A DNA stretch of 64,000 bases from a bacterium (lineage in GTDB: Bacteria; Zhuqueibacterota; Zhuqueibacteria; Residuimicrobiales; Krinioviventaceae). The notes under the pieces are model-generated. The model worked only from the letters and a program-made list of their open reading frames with translations. It searched no databases and was not told the DNA's origin. The position numbers were made by a program, and so were the translations under genes. Shown here piece by piece: positions 1 through 11,040 of this stretch. The stretch lies in NCBI GenBank assembly GCA_963674595.2, contig CAXXFV010000017.1, positions 1 to 64,000 on the forward strand, given 5' to 3'. The stretch's first letter is position 1, and the number at the start of each line of letters is the position of its first letter.

Positions 1-670
1 ACCCTGGCCGGTCTGCCGCTACGAACCGGCCACCGATAACTCGCTGGTAACCGATACCAGCATCGTGGACGACTTCATCAGCAGCCTGGGGGATAAGAGC
101 AAACGCCCCAACCTGGACGGTATGTGGTTCTACGACAAAACCCCCAACGGCGGCGACCCGATCGAGAAGCTGTACATCACGTACTCGTACAGCGCCTACC
201 TGATGTGGGAATACCATCCCAAAACCGGCAAGTTCTTGCGTTACCAGGATGCCCAGGAAGCCTTTGGCGGCCAGAAGCAGGTCTTCGGACCGCTGGTCGA
301 CCGCATCAACCAGGACCAGATCTCGGCTGATAACGTGGTCGTGCTGGTTGTACCGCACGTCCACCGCGTCTACGAAGCGCCGCAGGATGGCAATGCTGCT
401 GTGGAGATCGTGGATATGGAGTTCACCGGCTCCGGAGACGCCTACGCCATGCGCGATGGACGCATGTATAAAGTGCACTGGCTCCGCTCTCGGACGACAG
501 CCTGCCGGTCATCACCTTCCCCGACGGCAGCCCACTATCCCTATCGCCCCGGCAACACCTGGTACGAAGTGATCACGCCCGAGAGTCAGATCACCACCAA
601 ACCGGAAGAATGGCGCATCGAATTCAACCTGGTGCCAAAGCTTGAGGAGTGGGAAGAGCTGCCAGAATAG
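1..670 (+). CDS. DUF3048 (YerB-like) protein, 3' part; 5' end outside the window, probable indels
   Basis: ORF 65..670 has QISADNVVVL, GSGDAYAMRDGRMY and PGNTWYEV, typical of the DUF3048 C-terminal domain; paralogous to the next gene. Confidence 0.75.
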   Translation, partial: PWPVCRYEPATDNSLVTDTSIVDDFISSLGDKSKRPNLDGMWFYDKTPNGGDPIEKLYITYSYSAYLMWEYHPKTGKFLRYQDAQEAFGGQKQVFGPLVDRINQDQISADNVVVLVVPHVHRVYEAPQDGNAAVEIVDMEFTGSGDAYAMRDGRMYKVHWLRSRTTACRSSPSPTAAHYPYRPGNTWYEVITPESQITTKPEEWRIEFNLVPKLEEWEELPE

Positions 671-708
671 GCGCGAAACTGGCACAAGAGTTGCAGCAAT
701 GTAATACG

Positions 709-2057
709 ATGGACAAGATCAGGTCGTTTATCTGGAGCACGGCTGCTGTGATCGGGCTGCTGGGCGTAACCTGCGCGTTTTCCTCTCCGGCGCTGGCGCA
801 ATCCGCCTCCGAGCCGACACTCACCGCCACGCTACGCCCAAAGCCCCATCCCAAAAGGCCGAGGAAACGCCGGAATGGCCTGAAGTGATCCCGCTGATCG
901 CCAGCCAGCCTACACCGGTTGGCTACGGCCCGGACGAGTTCCCGCCGGACGTTAACCCGCTGACCGGTCTGATCGTCGATGACCCGGAACTGCTGGACCG
1001 GCGGCCTATGGCAGTCAAGATCACCAACTACCCACGCACCGTCAGGCCGCAGTCCGGCTCTCCTTTGCCGACAATGTCTTCGAATATTATATGGAACGCG
1101 GTATCTCCCGTTTCATCGCCGTGTTCTACGGCCAGGATGCCGAACACATCGGGCCGGTGCGCTCCGGCCGTTTCTTCGACGAGCACATCTTCAAGATGTA
1201 CGACGCCTTTTTTGTATTCGGTATGGCCGACCCGCGCGTAATGGATTATTTCCTGGACCTGGGTAACCACTGGGTCTCCAGCCTGGTGGTGGAGACCTCC
1301 GACACCAAACACAGCTGCACCGATGAACCGCGTTTCCTTTGCCGCGATTACAGCAAGGCCACTTACAACAAACATGTTCACCAACACGGTCGCCCTGCAG
1401 GAATACGTCACCAACCGCAACGGCAACTACCGCCCCGACATTTCCGGGTTTCGCTTCGAGAACCGCACACCGCCGCGGCGGAAGCGATGCCTTCAACATC
1501 TACGTGCGCTTCTCGCTGTTCATCTACAATAAGTGGGGAATACTATTCACAGCAGGGCAAGTACGCCCGCTTCCAGGAGACCATCGGTTATTCCAACGTC
1601 AGCCAGGAGAGCTACGAACCGCTGCTGGACGACCTGACCGGCGAACAGATCACGGCCGACAACGTGGTGGTGCTGGTGGTGCCCTACTATTTCTTCGTCA
1701 AGACCTCCACCACCGAGATCCTCACCATCCCGCTGATCGGCAGCGGGCCGGCGTATTTCTTCCGTGACGGTGTCGAATACCAGGGAAAGTGGGAGGCGCC
1801 AGGAGGAAGAAGGGGTGCTGCACCTGGTGGACGGTTCCGGTGAGCCGTTCTCCTTAAAACCCGGTAATACCTGGTTTGAGGTTGTCAGCCAGCAGAGCAC
1901 GCTGGACCATAACGGCGATGACTGGCGCTTCTATTTCAACCTGCCCGAGATACCGGAAGACCTGGATGACAACCCGATCAACCCGGACGGTGAAGACGCC
2001 CCGTTTGGTAGGTACTGGAAAGAAGTGCCTAACTTATGGCCGATGGTCGGGCGCTGA
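709..2057 (+). CDS. DUF3048 (YerB-like) secreted protein, split by several frameshifts
   Basis: Signal-peptide-like N-terminus (MDKIRSFIWSTAAVIGLLGV). NPLTGL..RRPMAVKI.N..RPQSG, ERGISRF.AVF, IGPVRSGR, ITADNVVVL and LKPGNTWFEV are spread over ORFs 649..888, 885..1241, 1091..1843 and 1764..2057. Confidence 0.8.
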
Positions 2058-2083
2058 ACTGCCCAAACGACTTTATCGGCCGG

Positions 2084-2853
2084 TCATTCCCCAAATTTCC
2101 ATTCCTTTAACAATTCCATCAACCCGTAATCCGTCAGGTCCATCTGGAACGGCGTGATCGAGACATAACCCTCTGCCAGCGCGTCGGCGTCCGAGCCTTC
2201 CAACGACGGCGGTTTGGGCATTTCTCCGCCGATCCAGTATAGGGCGCGGCGTGCGGGTCCTGGCGTGTGATCAATATATCCCGGTACTGTCGCAGGCCCT
2301 GGCGCGTGATGCGCACGCCTTTGATCTGCTGCATCGGTAAGTAGGGCACGTTCACACTCAGTAGCGTCTTGGGCGGCAAGCCTTTTTCCAGCACCGCCTG
2401 CGCCACAATACGCCCGTAGATCGCAGCCGAGGCGAAATCGCGCTGTCCCTCGATCACATCCGGTGTTTCCTGCGATACGGCCAAAACCGAGCACGCCGTT
2501 GAGCGCCGCCTCCATGGCTGCCGTCACCGTGCCGGAATAGGTCACGTCGTGGCCCAGGTTGGCGTTGGGGTTGATGCCGGAGACCACCAGGTCCACCGGC
2601 CCCTCCACCAGACCCAGCAGCGCCAGGGACACGCAGTCGGAGGGAGCGCCGTCGCTGGCCAGGGCGGTGGTGCCGTCGGCCAGGCGCACTTCCTGGACGC
2701 CAGCGGGCGGTTGAGCGTCTTCACGTGCCCGCTGGCCGACCAGTTGCGGTCGGGCGCCAGCACGGACACCTTGCCCAACTGCCGCAATTCGTGCACCAGC
2801 GCCAACAGCCCCGGCGCCTGCACGCCATCATCATTGGTTACGAGTATGTGCAT
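2084..2853 (-). CDS. surE: 5'/3'-nucleotidase SurE (frameshifted, likely sequencing error)
   Basis: MHILVTNDDG, VVSGINPNANLG..VTYSGTV.AAME and GYVSITP motifs across three frames. Confidence 0.93.
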
Positions 2854-2952
2854 TTTTTCTCTATCAGGTTAAGGTTTTCTCAATATTGTGACGTAGCGGA
2901 TTAATTCGGGTTATTATAATAGACACCGGCTTTTTACCAGAAGGAAAAGGCT

Positions 2953-4411
2953 ATGGAGGATATTAAAACCGAATATCTTGAAACGCACCCCGTCCACGAC
3001 TGGCTGAAAACCATCCACCTCCACTACATTCCCGGTCAGCGCACACCATTACTAGAACAATTCATCACCGGTCTGTTGACCCAGTTCGAAGCTTCCGGGC
3101 ACGTGGTCCAGCCATCCGCCGACGAAGACACCGACGTGCTGCTGACCACTGCCGCATTCGGCCAGGTGATCAACTGGCGGCGCTCGCTGATGCTCACCGG
3201 GCGTTTGTTGCTTAAACTGGAGCATACCCCCGTCGCCATCACCGCCATCCACATTACCTCCCCCGGCAGTTGGAAGAGCAGTTGAGCTATTTCGAGCGGG
3301 TGCTGGCCAAACAGCCACCCGACCCGGAAGACTTCCGCTTCGAGGGACTGGCCGAGACCGCCCCGGCGGTGCTGATTGAACAGGGCAAACGCGGCGGCCC
3401 GATACTTTCGCTGCTGCGCGTGATGCAGGCGCAGTGCAAGTGCATCCGCATCCTGCTGTTGGTGGGGGAGCAGCAGATCGACTATGTTTACCATTTCGAC
3501 CTGGTCGGCGCGCACCCGGTCACTCTATACAGTATCGGAAAGTCGGCATTCTACGAAGATATCGTGCTGCGCCTGGTAACCTACGAGAGCACCCACGAGA
3601 TCACCCAGCACCAGACGGTAGGGGAGCTGATCCCGCGCCAGACCTGGGACGGACTGCCCGTCGTGCATGCCATGAAACAGGCCGGATTGAACTGGGCCGG
3701 CGCGGCTTCTTCACCGATATGATCCGCATCAGCGACCTGACCAACGTGCCGGCGGTGACCGATGCCATCTCCAGCCAGTACAGCGAGGCTGTTTTGCCAC
3801 CTGGGAACCGGCCGTCCCGGCGTTGATCGCCACCATCACCGGCAGCGCCCGCCCGGTGGACAAGGGCAACATCAACGACGACGACCTGGCGGTGATCGTG
3901 GCCGTACGTCCCGACGGCCAGGGGTGCAGGTACGCCACGTGGCCGGCAAGGACAACATCAAACCCTCCTCGGAAGCGGTGGAAATGATCGACATGGACGG
4001 CCTGCTGCCCACGGTCACGCTGGAGGACGGCAGGCAGGTGCCGGTGGCGCGCTCCAAACTGCACGGGCACCGCGGCGTCTCCCGCTACAACCTCGCTCTG
4101 GTGGAGTTCGTGCCGCTCGACCCCACCCTACTACCACTACCTGTCTCCTGCGCCACCGAGGCCCAGCCAAGGGTATCAAAGCCGCCTTCGGGCGCTGCCC
4201 AATCGCTGCTGCACCCGACGACCCGCGCCAGTAGCCTTCACCGTGCTGCCCGGCCACGGCGTGTCATCGCCGTAAATGGCAGGCCGCTAAGCTCCCTTCC
4301 AGTTGATGTGGAATACATGGACCGAGCGACCTGGTGATCGACAGCTCGTCCCACAAGTGCCGATGGCGTATACCGAGGGAGCATAGTGGCATGATGGTCT
4401 TGCAGGAATAG
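2953..4411 (+). CDS. Hypothetical protein with a divergent class II aldolase/adducin-like C-terminal domain (multiple frameshifts)
   Basis: RBS AAGGA before ATG 2953; stitched frames give SEGCFA, ITGSA, KPSSE, KLHGH, SCATE and LPGHG in class II aldolase order. Confidence 0.55.
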
Positions 4412-4421
4412 ACGCCAACTC

Positions 4422-4489
4422 GTCTAAATCATCGGGTCGTCTCAATTGTTAAAAAAACCGTCCAACGTCGGACGAACGACGATTTAGAC
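4422..4489. repeat. Intergenic inverted repeat/hairpin
   Basis: GTCTAAATCATCG (4422-4434) and CGACGATTTAGAC (4477-4489) are 12/13 complementary. Confidence 0.55.
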
Positions 4490-4504
4490 CGTTTTCCCTA
4501 AATC

Positions 4505-4587
4505 CTGATTACCTGATTGACTAATTACCTGATACCTAATCACCTGTTTCCCGATTACCTAATCACCAGTTACTGTTCACTCGTCAC
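4505..4587. repeat. Degenerate 7-8 bp tandem repeat (consensus about CTRATYAC), about 11 units
   Basis: ctgattac ctgattga ctaattac ctgatac ctaatcac ctgtttc ccgattac ctaatcac cagttac tgttcac tcgtcac. Confidence 0.75.
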
Positions 4588-4610
4588 AGGTTTTCCAGAA
4601 TAATTTCCCC

Positions 4611-5532
4611 ATGGCCGCAAAAGTCCGCCCCGAAGACCTCAGCGAAGAACAGCTCAAACACCTGCTGGTAAAGAAACGCCTCACGGCACGCAAGAAACGC
4701 CTGGAGCACTTCCACGAGACCGGTCGCCTGGTGGAAGACGTACCCGCTGCCGGAAGAGAGACCGCAGCCGTCCTTCAGCGGTATCGAACTGGAAGAGCCG
4801 GAACCGGAAGCCGCCAAGAAGTCCCCGCACGAACAGCGGCGCAAAGCCAGCATCGACCGTACCTTGTTGGGGCGTGGAGATCGTGGCCATCGTCGGTCTG
4901 GTGTTCGTGCTGATCAACGGCGTGAGCCTGGTAAGCAAGCTCAACCAGGAGGTTAAAGCGGCTCTGCAGCAGGTCTCGCTCACACCCACCCCGCTGTTCG
5001 ACCTGGTGGTGCTGCCCTCCGGCCACACCCCGCCCACCTCCCCGGCGGCGCCCCAGTTCAACATGTCCGAAATCCCGGAGCACCTGCAGCCGGTGGTGCA
5101 GTCCTACTACGAAAACCTGGCCATCCCCACCCCCAGCCCGAGCAGGCCGTGCGCCTGGAGATACCGGCCATCGAGGTGGCTGCCCCGGTGGTGCAGGGCG
5201 ACGGCTGGGAGCAGCTCAAGCAGGGCGTCGGCCAGCACATCGGCACGGCCAACCCCGGACAGCCCGGCAACCTGGTGCTCTCGGCGCACAACGACGTGTT
5301 CGGCGAGATCTTCCGCCATCTGGATAAACTACAAGCCGGCGATACGATCACCGTGTTCACCAATATCCGCTCGTACACTTACGTGATCGAGGAAGCGCCG
5401 CAGATCGTTGACCCCACCTTCGTGGAGGCCATCTCGCCTACCGTGAAGCCCACTGTCACGCTGATCTCGTGCTACCCCTACCTGATCAACGACCACCGCA
5501 TCGTGGTGCAGGCTACCCTGGCCGAAAACTGA
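4611..5532 (+). CDS. Class D sortase (frameshifted)
   Basis: TM anchor EIVAIVGLVFVL; RLEIPAI, GNLVLSAHND (His), TLISCYPY (Cys) and HRIVV (Arg) form the catalytic triad. Confidence 0.88.
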
Positions 5533-5575
5533 TCGTTATTAAGGAAGATATTTCCCTGCAACTCCCCCGGAATCG

Positions 5576-6333
5576 TCAGACCTTCTCCACCACCCAGAAA
5601 TGCGACAGCCCGAAGACGCGCAGCGGCGTGCGCTCCAGCACTTGCAGCACGGCCCGCAGTATCTTGCCCAGCGAAGGCCATCGGGCGATGATATTGTCGT
5701 AGGCGCCGAAGACCACCGTACGCTGCACGATCTTCACCGGCAGCCCCTCGAACAGTTTCGCCAGGTCTCGCCGGGAATACACCCGCACGTGCGGCGCCAG
5801 TTTGTCGCGTTGGGCGCGCGGCAGGTAGTTGACCAGCGGGATATAGCCGAAGCGGTACTCGCCGCGCCAGTAAATACCGTGCGTCCTCGAAGGGTGTAGC
5901 CGCGGTTGGGGCAGAACACCACCATCCTGCCGCCCGGTTTAAGCGCCCGCACCATCTCGGCCACCGCCAGGCGGTCGTCCTGCACGTGCTCGAGCACCTC
6001 GTGGCTCAGGATCAGGTCGAAACGGTCGGCGGGGTACGGCAGGTGTTCGCCGGCGGCGTTGACCACCAGCGGGTGGACCCGCCCGGCTTCGGCGGCGCGC
6101 TCGAACTCGTACTCCAGGCCGAAGACCTGACCGCCAAGAGGCGCCAGGTGCTGCACGTACATACCCACACCGCAGCCGTTCTCCAAGATGCGGCCTTTGA
6201 TGCGCGGCCCGGCCGCCGCCACGATCATGTCCAGGCGGCGCTGCTGCCCCTCGCGCCACACGTAGGAAGGCTCGCCGCGCAATGCGGCCTTATCGGAATG
6301 GCTGGGTGGGGTAGATGAGGATGTGAAAGGCAT
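5576..6333 (-). CDS. Class I SAM-dependent methyltransferase (Methyltransf_11-like), frameshifted near 5890
   Basis: ILENGCGVG motif I, LPYPADRFDLILSHEVLEHV, LKPGG; C-terminus is in ORF 5576..5788. Confidence 0.85.
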
Positions 6334-6409
6334 AGGGGTATAGTATAAGCGAGAATGTAATATGTTGTAACAGTATAGAGTTAGTAGAAAAATAAAGAGA
6401 AATTGAAAA

Positions 6410-7690
6410 AATATGTTACTTTCGGATTTAATATATTCCCCCTTTCTTCAATCATCTTTTGTACCTTGAAAAACTCATTTCCAATCTTTGCTCCCCATTC
6501 CATTAAAATATTACAAACAATTAAATTATCAATAGTGGGATTGAGTTAAGAAGAGTAATTGTTATATAACCTAAAGATTTTGCAGTAAGTTGTGCAGGAT
6601 CGGTAAAACCAATGTTGCTGGGTCCAGCTAATAATGATTTATTACTAATATTCTCTAATAGACCTAATCTAAACAAGATTCCTTTAGAATTTGCATGAAC
6701 ATTATAGCTGGCCATTTTGTAATCAGGACGAAAGAAACTAAGCTGTATGTTTTCTTCGATATCAGTAAAATTTGGTTTTTTCTTTTTTAAAGTTGCTGCA
6801 GCCCAACCATAATCTTCTTTAAATTCATCACCAAAGCGCTTTATTAATTCATCCTTGTATTTTTTAATTTCTTCAGTTTCCTTTTGAGATAAAGGTTCAT
6901 ATCCAAGATCCAAAAAAGTTTTTGATAAAGTACAGCTGCTTTATTCGATTCAATATTGCTATGCAGTAGGTATTTCTCAGCAACTTCATTTCCATGTTTT
7001 GCGATAAAAGAACTAATAACTGATATTTCGTGTAATGCTCGCCATCTTGCCATAGCTCCATCGGCATACCCATTTTTTATCAGGGTTAGTATTTCTCTAG
7101 CGATTTGGCAAGCCCTAGCGTGTGATCTAGTTAAGACAAAAAATACATGATTATTTTCGTAAAACTCATTATCTCTTTCTTCAATAACGAATTCAATTTC
7201 CAGCATCAAACGCTAATGCAATAAACTTTTCTAATAAATCAAATGGTTTTTCCAATCGCGATAAAGCCGTATATTAAATCCATCTAAATCTTTTCTTAGT
7301 GCTCTTAAATAAGACGGAGTTCTTTTTTCAAGACTAGAAATGATCGGGGGAGTCATTAAATTTACCCAGTCCAATATATTTTCTTGCAACCCATTGTTTA
7401 GTTTTTCATAGGTTTCTTTTACAGCTTTTCCCAAGTCCCCAAGATCTAATTCAAAATTTTCGGAATCAATAATTCCTAATACTTGCTTTTGTGTATTTGT
7501 TAGTATAAGATCAAAGTCCAGGAAATCATCTTCATTATCTCGGATTAATTTTTCGATTTTTTTTACCTGTATGTTATTTAAGTTAAACGCCTCGCTTTCC
7601 TAGACGATCTTTTATTATTTGAGCACTTATAATCGGAAGTTCATACTGTTTTTCAATCTCTTCTTCCAACATTTTTTGGAGAACATTCAT
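6410..7690 (-). CDS. DUF5677-like protein, low GC, broken by frameshifts (3' end approximate)
   Basis: ARACQIAREILTLIKNGYADGAMARWRALHE, YGWA and YKMASYNVHAN across ORFs 7231..7434, 6844..7209 and 6521..6913; ATG at 7690. Confidence 0.65.
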
Positions 7691-8065
7691 TTTTTCCACC
7701 TGTTTCTTTCTGTAAATGAGTTTGTTTAGGACCAATTTTACTAGCGGGTATCTATATTTCTGTAATTAAACATTATTATCCATTTTTGTAAATATGAATG
7801 GCACAAAGGATTGAAGCTCCTTGCAGTATACAAAATATCTGGGGGAATTTATTTCTGCTGGCCGCGCCTCCACCTGCACCTCCGTGGTCTACGTCCAAGC
7901 CCAGGCTGTATACTTTCACTCCGCTGGCGCGTTTTTTCACCGGCAAGGGGTTCACCTGCCGCTCTGCCGGATCATAGATAAACCCAATGCATTCGCCTTT
8001 CATCCAAACCCTGACGGCACGGCCGTAAACCATCCCTTCGGACAGCGGCACACCGGTCAACTTTC

Positions 8066-8121
8066 GGGGGTTCAAGGGGGATGAAATCCCCCTGCGGGGG
8101 TGGTGGGGGCTGGCCCCCACC
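8066..8121. other. Two adjacent G/C-rich hairpins
   Basis: AGGGGGAT-GAA-ATCCCCCT (8075-8093) and GGTGGGGG-CTGG-CCCCCACC (8102-8121), preceded by GGGGGTTCA. Confidence 0.6.
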
Positions 8122-8245
8122 GGAAAAAGAAAAAGTAATAAATCCTCAGGGCTGAACCTAATGGCTCTGGATGAACAACACCAAAATATAATTGTTTTAT
8201 TGTTTTATCCGAAAAACATACTATTTAATAAATCGAGATTATCGC

Positions 8246-8275
8246 GAGATTCCTCGCCTACGGCTCGGAATGACA
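8246..8275. repeat. REP/RPE-like palindromic unit
   Basis: GAGATTCCTCGCCTACGGCTCGGAATGACA resembles the widespread GAGATTCCTCGCTTCGCTCGGAATGACA-type palindromic repeats. Confidence 0.55.
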
Positions 8276-8631
8276 ACATTTACAGGGGGCTTAGCAATAG
8301 TCTCCACCGGAAAAAGAAAACGTAAAAAGACACTCAGGCCGTGGAAAACCGCCAAAGATGGTCATCAACCAGACCCGATATTGATAATAAAAGTCGATCC
8401 TTTTTCCTCCCTCTTTGCAGGAACTACCCTAATAGCCAGTGATAGAAAATGAAATGATAAGTAGAAAACAAACCTGTGGAAAACCGCCGATGGCTATGAC
8501 CAAGCCAATTAGCATTCCAATAGAAAAGTAGATTTTTTATCGTTTTTTACTGGTAGGGGCGGCAGTGTAGTGGACCCCAAAAACTGGACACGAGGGCAAG
8601 GGGTAGATAAGATAAAAGAAGAGGTGTCCAA

Positions 8632-8945
8632 ATGGCAAAGAGGAACAGGCAATTCTCACCTGAATTCAAAGCCCAGGTAGTAATAGAGCTGTTAACTGGG
8701 AAAAGGGGTTAATGGAAGCCAGCCGAGATTATGAGATCAAGGATACTGTGCTTTCGAGATGGAAACAGCAGTTCATAGAAAGATCGACAGAGCTGTTCAA
8801 AGCACCGGGGATGAAAGAAAAAGGGCAAGAGGAAAAGATCGCCGATCTGGAGCGTATGATTGGCCAATTGACCATGGAGCTAGAGATCGCAAAAAAAGCG
8901 TTCGGTCACTCGGTCTCAAGCAAGTACAAAAGCGGCAAATGGTGA
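8632..8945 (+). CDS. IS3 OrfA (HTH), with one indel near 8700
   Basis: MAKRNRQFSPEFKAQVVIELLTG, then ASRDYEIKDTVLSRWKQQF and KIADLERMIGQLTMELEIAKKA. Confidence 0.85.
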
Positions 8946-9703
8946 ATGATTTAGCTTACAAAGAAGGTTATCCGGTGAAAGCAGTATGCCAGGTGGTCGG
9001 GTTGTCTCGCAGTACGTACTATTACAAAAGTCAGAGACGTGACCAAAGCGAGATAGAAGAAGCTGTTGAAAAAGTAACCGGAGAGCACCCTGTGTATGGG
9101 ACACGAAGGATCACCCATCAGTTACGGCGACCACCCTATGGGCAGCACATCAACCGCAAGCGCACACAGCGGATCATGAGAGAGAAAGGGCTGTTGAGGC
9201 AGACTAAAAGAGACAAAGTGTACACCACTAACAGCGCCCATGCTTTTCCGCGTTATAAGAACCTGGTAGCCAATCTGGATATCGTCAGGCCAGATCACGT
9301 GTGGGTGAGTGATGTAACCTATGTCCGGCTAGGCGCTGGTTTTGTATATCTGGCAGTGCTGATGGATGTCTTCACACGCTGTATACGCGGGTGGCGACTG
9401 GACACATCATATGACAAAAAACTAACCTTGCAGCCACTCATTCAGGCGCTTGCCAGGCATACACCTGAATTCCATCATAGCGATCAAGGGGTGCACTATG
9501 CAAACAGGAAATACGTCCAAGAATTGGAACTGCGCGGGATACAAATCAGCATGTCTGCCATAGGTTGCCCGCATGAGAATGGTTATGCAGAGCGGTTGAT
9601 GAGAACGATCAAAGAAGAGGAGGTTGGATTATCTGAATACAGGAGTTTGACAGAAGCAAGAACGGAGATGAAGACATTCATCCAGGATGTGTACAATCAT
9701 AAG

Positions 9704-11040
9704 GGTAGTGTCTGAAATTGTGTGTAAACGGCGATATCATGGTGAGGGCCAGCGATCTTCATAGCGGATGGCAAGCTGATTGAGGATCAAGGGCCAGTTC
9801 CGAATGGGGGATGTCCATTTCCTGGTAATGTCCATCGTGGCTAAATATAACAGTTTTCGGGCAGCCTGCGGCGTAGGGAACATGGATTTGTTTTTGGTGC
9901 GCTTGCGCAACTGCCGGTGGTAGCCTTCCACGGTGTTGGTGGTGTAGATCAATCGCCGAATTTCTTGGGGAATTGGAAGAAGGTTGCCAGCTCTTCCCAA
10001 TTGTTATGCCAGGACTTGATCGCTGCTGCATATTTATGCTGCCAGGTTTCTTCCAGTTTGAGCAGATTGGCTTCAGCTTCCTCACGAGTAGCCGCCTGGT
10101 ATACGGTTTTCAGATCAGCGGTAAAAGCCTTTTTATCTTTCCATGGCACGTATTTCAGCGAATAGCGAATTTGGTGGATGATACAGCGCTGCACCAGTGT
10201 CTGAGGGAAAACGGCATGGATCGCATCAGAAAAACCAGCCAGGCCATCCACCGAAGCAATGAAGATATCCGTCACGCCTCGATTTTGCAGGTCGGTGATC
10301 ACCGAGAGCCAAAAATTGGCTCCTTCTCCACCAGCCCCTATCCAATGCCCCAAAACATCACGTTTGCCCTCTAGATCCACCCCCAGCACGTTGTAGATGG
10401 CTACATTTTCGATCTTGCCATCCTTTTTGAGCTTGAGGTGCAGGGCATCCAGATAGACGATCGTATAGATCGGAGCCAGGGGGCGGTTTTGCCATTCTTC
10501 CACCAGCGGCCAGACTTTATCCGTGATCTTGCTGATCGTGTCGGGCGATACACTGATCCCGTACAGCTCATCAAGCATATCCTGAATATCTCGCGTGGTT
10601 GTCCCCTTCGCATACATGGCAATCACTTTTTGCTCGATTTCATTGCTGTTCTTTTTGAGGATTTCCGAATTGAATTCTCCGTTTCGATCACGCGGCACGC
10701 TGATCTCGGCGTCTCCACCCGATGTGCGCATTTTGCGCTTGTAGTGCCCATTGCGATTATTCCCGGAGTTACGTCCTTCGGTTGCATAGCGGTCATAGCC
10801 TAGCTCTTCGGTCAACTCCGCTTTCAGCATTTGTTCGATGGTCTTCGAGAACATCCGGCCAAAAATGCCGTCTTTACCATAAAAGTCGTCAATCGATTTG
10901 GCAGCAGCCAGTTCCCGAGCTAATTCTTCTGGATCCGGCATATGTTTTTGCACGTCTTTTTTCGTGGGTTTCTTTTTCTGTGTCATGAGTTTTCCTTTCT
11001 GTTTAGGATACCTCATTTACACACTTTTTCTGACACCCTC
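9704..11040 (-). mobile_element. IS256-family element
   Basis: 25-bp terminal inverted repeats GGTAGTGTCTGAAATTGTGTGTAAA versus GAGGGTGTCAGAAAAAGTGTGTAAA; 8-bp target site duplication ATCATAAG at 9696-9703 and 11041-11048. Confidence 0.95.
9737..10986 (-). CDS. IS256 transposase (one frameshift near 9965)
   Basis: RNGHYKR, VPRDRNGEF, YLDAL, DGLAGF, QRCIIHQIR and IYTTNTVEGYHRQLRK. Confidence 0.93.

Noticed and set aside
7776-8452. Short ORFs 7776..8120, 7821..8084 and 8192..8452
   Set aside because: They have no recognisable motifs or RBS and run through hairpins and repeats.
4505-8560. Repeats at 4505-4587 and 8117-8550 as CRISPR arrays
   Set aside because: There are no constant 23-47 bp repeats with regular unique spacers and no cas genes in the window.
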